Shown one piece after another: positions 41,984 to 50,383 of a DNA stretch of 64,000 nucleotides (positions within the stretch are counted from its first letter, which is position 1; each line of letters starts with the position of its first letter). The position numbers and the translations under genes are program-made. Origin of the DNA: Terriglobia bacterium (GTDB lineage Bacteria; Acidobacteriota; Polarisedimenticolia; Polarisedimenticolales; JAIQFR01); contig CAVVHE010000004.1 of NCBI GenBank assembly GCA_963748015.1, forward strand, positions 1,472,001-1,536,000. The letters run 5' to 3'. The notes beneath the pieces were generated by a model, which saw only the letters and a program-made list of their open reading frames with translations, was not told the DNA's origin and did no database searches.

Positions 41984-43143
41984 TCACTCCCGCGCGCGCG
42001 GCTCCAGAACCAGCGCCTCCATCTCGTCGGCGAAGCGCTTCACGGAGAACTGCTCCGCGAGGCCGCGGCGCAGCGCGTCGCCGAGCGGCTCCGGCGCCCC
42101 CGCCGCGACGATCTCGCCCAGGGCCGCGGCCAGCGCCTCGGCGTCCTCCGATGGGACCAGCCGGCCGAACCCCTCCCGCCAGAAGTCGCGCACCCCGCCC
42201 ACGTCCGTGGCCAGGAGAGGCCGGCCCGCCGCGACCCCTTCCATCAGGGCGATCGGCGTCCCCTCCTGGCGCGACGCCAGCACGACGAGGTCGGCGTTGG
42301 CGTAGATCCGCGGCATGTCCTGGCGGTACCCCAGGAAAACGACGAGGTCCGAGACGCCGAGGCCCGCGCCTTCCGCTCCAGCGCCTCTCGCTCCTCGCCG
42401 TCCCCCGCGAAGAGCAACTTGAACTTCCTGCCGGCCAGCCGCTCGCGGGCGATCCCGATGGCGTCGAGCATCAGGTCCTGAGCCTTGACCGTGCAGATCC
42501 GCGCCGGGTAGACGGCCACGAACGTGCCCGGTTCGAGGCCCAGCTCGCGGTGAAGCTCCCCCGTGTTCGGCCCGGCCTCGAGGAACGGCGTGAGCTCGCT
42601 GCCGATGTAGATCGTGTGGCAGCGGGTGTGACGGTCCACGCCGAACGCGTGCAGGTCTCGGGCGACCGAGTGACAGATCGCGACCAGGTCGTCGGTGATC
42701 CGCGCCAGCCCCCCCTCGGCCAGGGCGAACATCCGGCTGGCGAAGGGACCGAAGTGGCCGAGGAAGACGTGCCCGTGGAAGACGTGGACCGTGCGCGGCC
42801 GCCGCCGCACGAGGCGGGCCGCGACGCGGCCCAGGGCGCCGGCCTTGGCGCCCGCGGTGAACAGGACGTCCGGCTTCAGCTCGGCCAGGCACGAGCGGAT
42901 CTCGAGCAGGGCGGTGAGATCGCTCCAGGGCAGCGGCGAGCGGCGCAGCGCGGACAGCGTGCGGCGCGGCAGGAAGCTCTGGCTGGTGCGCGGGTCCGGC
43001 AGCTCTCCAGCCTCCGGCTCCCCGCTGGCCAGCGAGACGTCGTAGCCGCGCCGGGCCAGCTCCTCGGCGAGGGCCACGGTGACCTTGGCCGGCCCGCCGA
43101 TCACCATGCGCGTGTTGAGGAAGAGGAGGCGCGGCTTTCCCAT
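41984..43143 (-). CDS. GT4 family glycosyltransferase (frameshift near 42360)
   Basis: GGPAK, HVFHGH, KAQD; then FLGYRQD...VLASRQEGTPIALMEG...DVGG in the next frame. Confidence 0.85.
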
Positions 43144-44409
43144 CTATCGCCCGTCGCTCTTCGGGGCGGGCCGGGAGAACGCCGCCCGCACGATCGTCCG
43201 CCCGACGCTCGCCAGCATCGAGCCCGCCGAGCGCAGCAGCAGCCACGCGCCGTGGACCAGCCGCCACGCGTAGTAGAGCGGCAGCAGGGCCCGGTGGGAG
43301 ATCCCGTAGCGCTCGACCATGTAGGACGGCGCCGGGAACATCGACCGCCCGAGGTACGCGAGGCCGCCGCCTCGCCCGGGCATGCTCCACGAGTCCCACA
43401 GGATGCGCGCGCGATGGTGCGGCGCCGTGATGGCCGCGAACGCGAGCCGCTCCTTCAGGGACGGCGGGTGCCGCTCCAGTGCCGCGCGAGCCGCGGCGGA
43501 CGGCGGCGCTCCCCAGACCGCCTCCGTCTCGGTCAGCGCGAACTGCACCGCGCGGCCGAGGCCGAGGCGACCCGCTGTCGCGAGGGCATCGTCCCAGTGG
43601 ATATCGGCGTCCCAGCGCTCCGTCAGCAGCACGAGGTCATACAGCCAGCGCAGCCCCTCGGTCTGGTGGTGGAACGCGAAGTGCCCGGACAGGTGCAGGA
43701 GCTGCGCGGCGGGGTTGAACATCCGCCCCTCCTGTCCCTCCACCCGGACCGGCGCCGTGTTCTCCCAGAACCAGTCGAGCGCGATGTTCTCGCGGAAGTA
43801 GGGAACGTTGAACACGTGCCGGTGCACGTCCACCGCGATGATCGGCTCCGCGGCGCGGACGTACCCCTGCGCGCTCTCGAACTCGTCGCGGAACTTGTCC
43901 GAGAGATCCGGCCGGATCGTGTACCCCGAGCCCAGCATCAGCTCGCGCATTCGCGCGAGATCCGCTTCGTGGACGAGCACGTCCACGTCCCCGAGGGAGC
44001 GGGCCGCGCTGTCCGGATATAGCGAATTGGCGAGCGCGACGCCCTTCAGGAGCACCATGGGGATCCGCGCCTGCCGGCAAAGCTCGATCAGTCGCGCGCA
44101 CTCGCGGAAGAGGATCGCGTTGGCCATGGTGGCCTGGAAGTACTCCGTGCGCAGACGGACCGCGACGCCCGGAGGAGGCTGGCTCGAGGGCGCCGCCGAG
44201 CGCAGCGCGAGGTGGAGCAAGGGGGACAGGCGCGCGCGGTCGGCGCGCTCGAGCACCGCGTCCCAGGGAACGGGTACGGCGTCCGCGGCGTCGGCTTCGG
44301 GCCGCGGCGAGCGCGGCGGCCCGAATCAGCCGGACGAGGGTGCGGTCGATCGGATCCAGTGCCATCCAGGCAACCCCGGCAAGGACTGAGGAAGTCGGTT
44401 CAGGAGCAT
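43144..44409 (-). CDS. Uncharacterised nucleotidyltransferase family protein (NTP_transf_5-like; 5' region frameshifted)
   Basis: LLKGVALA..LY...RSLGDVDVLV, VDVH, LRWLYDL motifs. Start is uncertain (44409 or 44365). Confidence 0.8.
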
Positions 44410-44531
44410 GCCGCCTTCCTTTCCAACGCTTTCGCTTTCAGCAGCTTCGATCGAGACGCGAACCGGATCATGGTGAGTTTACATCACGGCGCGCGGGCGT
44501 CGCCCGAAGAGCCGGGCCGTCCTCGAAGACT

Positions 44532-45008
44532 TCAACGAGATCGGCGGGTTCCGACCGGCTTCGGCTTCGGCCTCCGGACGCGCGGCTCTCGAACGGTTTC
44601 TCGCTCGATGGCGAGCGGGACGCCGGTGAGGCCCAGGTGCCGGTTGGTCGCCCAACAGGAACGGATCTTCAGGGATCCCATCAGGTACAAGCCGACGGCG
44701 TCGGTCATCGTGAGGCGCTGGTCCGAGAACTTCCTGAGCAGCTCCGTCCCTCCACGGAGCTCTCGCTGGCCCACGGCCACCACTCGCAGAGGAGTCAGGG
44801 CCTCGATCATGGCCAGAAACTGAAGCGCTCGCGTCGTGTCGTAGCGCCTCAGGAACCACCCCTGCCCCTCCGCGATCACGAGGGATGTCGTCACGAGGCG
44901 CGGAGGATCCGAGAACAGGCGGGCGAAGAGCCGGTGGTAGGTGTCGGACCGGTCGAGAAAGGAGACGAACGCGGAGGTATCTACGTACGCCTCAGCCGTT
45001 GTGGCCAT
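44532..45008 (-). CDS. PIN-domain toxin (VapC-like)
   Basis: YVDTSAF, VIAE, LTMTDA, ATNRH. Confidence 0.85.
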   Translation of the reverse strand: MATTAEAYVDTSAFVSFLDRSDTYHRLFARLFSDPPRLVTTSLVIAEGQGWFLRRYDTTRALQFLAMIEALTPLRVVAVGQRELRGGTELLRKFSDQRLTMTDAVGLYLMGSLKIRSCWATNRHLGLTGVPLAIERETVREPRVRRPKPKPVGTRRSR

Positions 45009-45216
45009 AGACGACCTCGTCGATGCTGCCACTCGAGCCGGGATCGCCGGACTCGATCATGCCGGCGTACCGCATCCAGGGCTTGGACGGGTCCACCGGG
45101 AGCAGCCCGCGCAGCGACCGCCTCAGCAGCTCCGCGAGCGGAATGCCGAGCCGCCGCGCCTCGTCCTTGGCCGCGCGATACACCTCGTCGGAGAGGCTGA
45201 TCTGGGTGCGAATCAT
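44992..45216 (-). CDS. Ribbon-helix-helix antitoxin (VapB/CopG-like)
   Basis: MIRTQISL...AKDEARRLGIPLAELLRR...IDEVVYG; overlaps the toxin start. Confidence 0.85.
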   Translation of the reverse strand: MIRTQISLSDEVYRAAKDEARRLGIPLAELLRRSLRGLLPVDPSKPWMRYAGMIESGDPGSSGSIDEVVYGHNG

Positions 45217-45218
45217 GG

Positions 45219-45254
45219 TGATAACAGTATACTTGTGACTGTTATCATCGACAA
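45219..45254 (-). promoter_or_regulatory. TA promoter with inverted-repeat operator
   Basis: Minus strand TTGTCG-17 bp-TATACT; perfect 10-bp inverted repeat tgataacagt-9 nt-actgttatca straddles the -10. Confidence 0.75.
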
Positions 45255-45256
45255 CT

Positions 45257-45637
45257 TCAGCGCGGCCAAACCCCGATCACGGGGTAGCGGTAGTAGGTCC
45301 CGTCAGCGGCTTTGACCGCGCCCACGATCGGCAGCGCGATCGCCGTCAGCCCCAGCAGGATCCAGAAGAGGATCACGAGCGGGATCAGGATGACCGTGAG
45401 GAGCAGCAGCGCGGCGGCGCCCGCGGTCACGAACACGGCGAGGTTCAGGAACAACGCCTGCTTCGCGATGCTCGAGATCGCCTTCGAATCCGACTTGACG
45501 ATCAAGATGATGATCGGCACCAGCACCCCGCCACAGGGGATGATGTAGCCGGCGAGGCCGGACAGGTGGGTCATGACGGCGAAGCCACGCTCCTCCGGAG
45601 CGATAACGAATCCGGGTGCCGCTTGCGGCTGCTCCAT
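45257..45637 (-). CDS. DUF4870-like membrane protein
   Basis: HLSGL...PIIILIVK...AKQAL...GAVKAADGTYYRYP. Confidence 0.8.
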   Translation of the reverse strand: MEQPQAAPGFVIAPEERGFAVMTHLSGLAGYIIPCGGVLVPIIILIVKSDSKAISSIAKQALFLNLAVFVTAGAAALLLLTVILIPLVILFWILLGLTAIALPIVGAVKAADGTYYRYPVIGVWPR

Positions 45638-45768
45638 GGCGTTCTCCTCCGCGCGGGCGGCCGGGCCGCCCGGGTACGGCGCAGCATAACCCAGGTCGGT
45701 GGTGCCGCGGCCGCCTCGGGCGTACGCTCTCCGTATCGCGGCCGGCGTACGCGCGCGAGGAGCCCAGG

Positions 45769-46350
45769 ATGAGACGTTGGATCGGCAGGGTCGCCATTGC
45801 GAGTTTTCTCCTTTCCGCGCTGGCCCTGGCGTCTCCCGCCCTGGCCGCGGAGCGGGTCGTGAAGCTGGACCCGAAAGCCAGCGAGGTCTCGTTCACCCTC
45901 GACGCGACCATGCACGTCGTCCATGGCAAGCTGCGCGTGACGGGCGGCGAGGTCCGTTTCGACCCGGACACCGGCGCGACGTCGGGCGAGGTCACCGTGA
46001 ACGCCCGCAGCGCGGAGACGGACAACGCGCGGCGCGACAAGAAGATGCACGAGACGATCCTCGAGAGCGAGCGCTACCCGGAGATGGTCTTCCGCCTGCT
46101 CCGCGTCGAGGGTCGTGTCGAGACGGCCGGCCGCAGCGAGGTGAAGCTCGTCGGGACGATGAGCCTCCACGGAGGCGACCACCCCATGACCCTCCCCGCA
46201 AGCGTCACCGTGGACGGCGTGACCCTGACCGCGGACGTGCGATTCGAAGTGCCCTACGTCGAATGGGGCATGGAAGACCCGAGCTTCCTGGTCGTGCGCG
46301 TGGCGAAGACCGTCGCCGTGACGGTGCATGTGGTGGGGAGGATCGAGTAG
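45769..46350 (+). CDS. YceI family periplasmic protein
   Basis: Signal peptide; LDPKASEVSF, TDNARRDKKMH..ILE..RYPEMVF, LHG. Confidence 0.85.
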   Translation: MRRWIGRVAIASFLLSALALASPALAAERVVKLDPKASEVSFTLDATMHVVHGKLRVTGGEVRFDPDTGATSGEVTVNARSAETDNARRDKKMHETILESERYPEMVFRLLRVEGRVETAGRSEVKLVGTMSLHGGDHPMTLPASVTVDGVTLTADVRFEVPYVEWGMEDPSFLVVRVAKTVAVTVHVVGRIE

Positions 46351-46459
46351 GTAGGTTTCGCCGGTGCTCTCGGCGATACTCGATCGCCCCGGTTTCTGCC
46401 GCCTGTCGTACAATCCCCCGGCTCCGCGCTTCGAACATGCGGCGGCCGAGGAGTAGCCG

Positions 46460-47587
46460 ATGCCCGACCCGATTCACATGTCGTTCCCGGACATGGACGA
46501 GGCCGACCTGAAGGCGGTGCTCGAGGTGCTGCCGACGGGGCGCCTCTCGATCGGGCCCAAGATCGAGGAGTTCGAGCGGGCCGTGGCGGCGTACGCGGGG
46601 GTGCCGCACGCGGTCGGGATGTCGTCGGGCACCGCGGCGCTGCACGTCGCGGTCAAGGCGCTCGGCATCGGCCCCGGGGACGAGGTGCTCGTCCCCTCCT
46701 TCACCTTCGCCGCCAGCGTGAACGTCATCCTCTACGAGCGGGCGATCCCGGTCTTCGTGGACGTCGAGCCCGACACGTACAACCTCGACCCGGCCGACCT
46801 CGAGCGGAAGGTCACGCCGCGCACGCGCGCGATCATGGCGGTGGACGTCTTCGGCCACCCGGTCGAGTGGGACCGGGTGCTCGAGATCGCGCGGCGGCAC
46901 GGCCTCGCGGTGATCGACGACTCGTGCGAGGCCCTGGGGGCGGAGTATCGCGGGACGCGCCTCGGCCCGTTCGGCGACGCGGCCGCCTTCGCCTTCTACC
47001 CGAACAAGCAGATCACGACCGGCGAGGGCGGGATGCTCGTCACGTCCGACGAGCGGATCGCGCGCGTCGCCCGCAGCCTTCGCAACCAGGGGCGGGCCGA
47101 GATGGGCGCCTGGCTCGAGCACGAGCGGCTCGGCTACAACTACCGGATGGACGAGATGAGCGCGGCGCTCGGCGTGTCGCAGCTCTCGCGCCTCGAGAGC
47201 CATGTCGACAAGCGCCGGCGCGTCGCGGGGATGTACACCGAGCGCCTCTCCCGGTTCGACTGGGTACGGCCCCCGGTGGTGCGCCCGCACGTCCGGATGA
47301 GCTGGTTCGTCTACGTCGCCTCGCTGGCCGAGGGGCTCGACCGCGGGCCGGTCATGGAGGCGGTCGAGGCGCGCGGCGTCCCGGTCCGCGCTTACTTCAG
47401 CCCGATCCACCTGCAGCCGTACATCCGGACCGAGTGCGGGCTGACACCGCCCGAGCTTCCCGTGACCGAAGCCGTCGCGCGCACGACGATCGCCCTCCCA
47501 TTCCACAACAACCTGCCCGAGGAGCACGTCCAGCGGGTCGTCACGGCGCTCGAGCAGGCCGTTACCGAGGTCCGGCGCCGCCGCTAG
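46460..47587 (+). CDS. DegT/DnrJ/EryC1/StrS sugar aminotransferase (PglE-like)
   Basis: SSGTAALH, GDEVLVPSFTF, DDSCEALG, FYPNKQITTGEGG, GYNYRM. Confidence 0.92.
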   Translation: MPDPIHMSFPDMDEADLKAVLEVLPTGRLSIGPKIEEFERAVAAYAGVPHAVGMSSGTAALHVAVKALGIGPGDEVLVPSFTFAASVNVILYERAIPVFVDVEPDTYNLDPADLERKVTPRTRAIMAVDVFGHPVEWDRVLEIARRHGLAVIDDSCEALGAEYRGTRLGPFGDAAAFAFYPNKQITTGEGGMLVTSDERIARVARSLRNQGRAEMGAWLEHERLGYNYRMDEMSAALGVSQLSRLESHVDKRRRVAGMYTERLSRFDWVRPPVVRPHVRMSWFVYVASLAEGLDRGPVMEAVEARGVPVRAYFSPIHLQPYIRTECGLTPPELPVTEAVARTTIALPFHNNLPEEHVQRVVTALEQAVTEVRRRR

Positions 47588-47688
47588 CCTCCCTCGCGTC
47601 CGATTTTCCTTGACTGCGATGCCCCGCCGGTCGTATTCGATACGTCCACGCGCCGGGAGATCGCGGTTCCGGAGGTGGGGATTTGTCC

Positions 47689-49030
47689 ATGAAGGCGTCG
47701 CGGTACAACGTTCGGGTTCCCGCGCCGGAGGGGGGATCGCTCCTCTTCAACGCGGCAACCGCTGCGCTCGCGCACCTCGAACCCGGGGAGGAGCCGGCCA
47801 TCGGCCGCCTCCTCGAGGGCGCGGCGCCGTCCGGAGCGACCCAGGAGGTCTACGCCGAGGCGCTGTACGCCCAGGGGTTCCTCGTCGAGGACGGCGCGGA
47901 CGAGCTGGAAGGAGCAGCGGTCCCGCAACCGCCAGGCCCGGTTCGGCCGCTCCAGCTTCATGCTCACGGTCGCCCCGACCATGGCCTGCAACTTCGAGTG
48001 CGACTACTGCTTCGAGCGCGGGCAGCCCGGCCCGCCGATGTCCGAGGAGACCGAGGTCGCCCTCCTCGCGTTCTGCAGCCGGAACCTCGGCGGGGTCGAG
48101 GACTTCCTCGTCACCTGGTTCGGGGGCGAGCCGACCCTCAGGCTCGGGACGATCGAGCGCCTGCACCCCACGCTGGCCGAACAGGCGGCCAGCCACGGCG
48201 CCGAGGTCCTCCCCGGCGAGATCATCACCAACGGCTGGCTCCTCGACGGCTCCGTCGCCCGGCGGCTCGCTACCGCGGGCATCCGCGAGACCCAGGTCAC
48301 CCTCGACGGCCCCGAGCGGGTCCACGACGAGAGGCGTCGCCTTCCCGATGGCCGCGGCACCTACGCGCGCATCCTGCGGGGCATCGAGGAGTCGGCGGAC
48401 CACCTCCACGTGACGATCCGCGTCAACGTGGACCGGCGTAACGAATCCTCGGCCCCCGAGCTGCTCGAGGACCTCGAGCGGCGCGCGCTGCTCAACCGCG
48501 TCGGCGTCTACTTCGCGCCGGTCGTCGAGGACGCGCTCCCGTGCGGGAGCCTCCGCGGCCGCTGCTTCGGCGCGGCCGAGTTCCCCGACGCGCTCACCGC
48601 CCTGCACGAGCGCCTGTTCTCGGAAGGGCGCGTCCTCGTCGCGTACCCCGAGGTCACCTTCGGCAGCGCCTGCGGCGCCAACACGGAACTCGGATTCGTC
48701 GTGGCGCCCGACGGCACGCTATTCAAGTGCTGGGAGGACCTCGGCGACGCCACGGCCTCGGTCGGCTCCGTGCACGTCTCGAAGCCCGAGCCGTGGCAGC
48801 GCCGGAACCACGACCGTTACCTCGCCTGGGACCCGTTCGAGAAGCCCGGCTGCCGCGAGTGCGAGGTGCTGCCGCTTTGCATGGGAGGCTGTCCCCGCCG
48901 CGCGATCCGGCTCTCCCTGCCGGACCGCGGCGACTGCTGTTCCTGGAAGCACAATCTCGGCCCGATGCTCGAGCTGAGGCATCGCGCGGAGGGCGGAAAG
49001 GAGGAGGCGGTTACCGGTCCGGATTCGTGA
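47689..49030 (+). CDS. Radical SAM/SPASM protein with N-terminal RRE-like region (frameshift near 47908)
   Basis: MKASRYN...LLFN...LYAQGFLV N-terminus; CNFECDYC; WFGGEP; ITNG; QVTLDG; SPASM CGAN...DGTLFKC...CRECEVLPLCMGGC...CC. Confidence 0.9.
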
Positions 49031-49088
49031 CTCGAGTCGAATGTTCGCTACGTGATTTCCGGTCCCGACATCGCAAAGGAGAACAGGG

Positions 49089-49184
49089 ATGAAGATCGTC
49101 GTTCAGTCGCAGGAGAAGAAGGTCAGGAAGCCTTGCACTTGTTACGGGAAGCTCTTTCTGATCATCTCGCCGAGAAGCAAGTAG
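49089..49184 (+). CDS. Putative RiPP precursor peptide, 31 aa (MKIVVQSQEKKVRKPCTCYGKLFLIISPRSK)
   Basis: AAGGAG at 49076-49081, 7 nt before ATG; lies between two radical SAM/SPASM genes; followed by a GC hairpin; below the ORF-track size cutoff. Confidence 0.7.
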   Translation: MKIVVQSQEKKVRKPCTCYGKLFLIISPRSK

Positions 49185-49203
49185 CGATCGCGGTGATTTC
49201 GGT

Positions 49204-49230
49204 GCGGGCCGCGTCTTGGGCGCGGCCCGC
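49204..49230 (+). terminator. Stem-loop downstream of the putative precursor (stabiliser or partial terminator)
   Basis: gcgggccgcg-tcttggg-cgcggcccgc, a perfect 10-bp stem with only a weak U-tract. Confidence 0.5.
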
Positions 49231-49261
49231 CCGGTTTCCACCCGCCCCTTCGCGAAATCCG

Positions 49262-50296
49262 ATGCGAAAACGCAGTGCCGCCCCCCGCCTCGTCGGCTGG
49301 GAGCTCACCCGGGCCTGCAACCTGCGGTGTCCCCACTGCTACTCGAGCGCGACCGTGGAGCCCGCGCCGGCCCTGACCACCGCCCGGTGTCTCGAGCTGG
49401 TGGACGAGCTGGCGGCGCTCGGGACGGAGGTGATCGGCTTCACCGGCGGCGAGCCGCTCCTGCGGGACGACCTGGAGAAGATCGCGCGCCGGGCCAAGCG
49501 CCGGGGGATCGCGTCGTCCGTCACGACCAACGGGACGCTCCTCGACGCGAAGCGCGCCGCGAGCCTGAAGCGCGCGGGGCTCGGAACGGTCCAGATCAGC
49601 GTGGACGGGTCGACTCCGGAAAGGAACGCGCGGATGCGCGCGACCAACGCCGAGTCGTTCGAGCGCGTCGTGGAGGCCGTGCGAACGTGCCGGCGCATCC
49701 GGCTCGACGTCGGATTCGCGATGCTGCTCGGGGCGGAGACGCTCGACGACGCCCGGCCGTTCCTCGAGTTCGCGCGGCGCGAGAAGGTGCGCTGGGTTCG
49801 CTTCTGCGGCTTCGTGCCGTGGGGCGCGGGCAAGCGCGAGGCCGTCGCGCGGCGCCTGCGCTTCACGGGGCCGCTCGACGGGCTGCGCGCCTTCGTCGAG
49901 GAGGCGCGAGAGTCGGAAACGCCGCAGGTGATGTTCGACCCCGGTTTCGGCCCGACCGAGCCCGGGAACCGGTTCCACCGCTGCGCCGCGGGACGGCAGC
50001 TGCTCTACCTCTCCTCCACGGGCGACGTCTACCCGTGCACCTCGCTCCTCGATCCCCGCTTCGTCGTGGGGAACGTGAACGACCGGCCGCTGCGCGAGCT
50101 CTGGTGCGACAAGCGCATGACCGAGCCGGCCGCCTACCCTCGCGACAAGATCCGCGGCCGCTGCGCCCGGTGCGAGGACTTCGCCTCCTGCCACGGCGCC
50201 TGTCGCGGCATCGCCTACGCCTGGACCGGCCGCCTCGACGCCCCTTTCCCGGTTTGCCTGAAGCCCCGGAAGCGCGCGCACCCCGGCGCGTCGTAG
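49262..50296 (+). CDS. Radical SAM/SPASM protein (PqqE/NirJ-like), no N-terminal RRE
   Basis: WELTRACNLRCPHC, FTGGEPLLR, TTNGT, QISVDG; SPASM CAAG...GDVYPC...CARCEDFASCHGAC...C. Confidence 0.92.
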   Translation: MRKRSAAPRLVGWELTRACNLRCPHCYSSATVEPAPALTTARCLELVDELAALGTEVIGFTGGEPLLRDDLEKIARRAKRRGIASSVTTNGTLLDAKRAASLKRAGLGTVQISVDGSTPERNARMRATNAESFERVVEAVRTCRRIRLDVGFAMLLGAETLDDARPFLEFARREKVRWVRFCGFVPWGAGKREAVARRLRFTGPLDGLRAFVEEARESETPQVMFDPGFGPTEPGNRFHRCAAGRQLLYLSSTGDVYPCTSLLDPRFVVGNVNDRPLRELWCDKRMTEPAAYPRDKIRGRCARCEDFASCHGACRGIAYAWTGRLDAPFPVCLKPRKRAHPGAS

Positions 50297-50383
50297 CGTC
50301 GCCCGCCGCGGCCCTTACATCCCGGGAGACTTCGGGATAGAATCTCGCGGACTTTCGAGAACCCGAGCGGGTAGCGGGAGACC

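Noticed and set aside
49052..49261. 70-aa N-terminal extension of the second radical SAM ORF in the ORF track
   Set aside because: It does not read as a domain, spans a strong hairpin, and overlaps a better-supported small ORF with a clear RBS. ATG 49262 gives a normal radical SAM N-terminus.
43144..50296. Lasso-peptide, PQQ or heme d1/Ahb pathway interpretation of the accessory genes
   Set aside because: No lasso cyclase or B protein, no stand-alone PqqD or other pqq genes, and no nir/ahb partner genes were seen; the peptide lacks the PqqA ExxxY motif.
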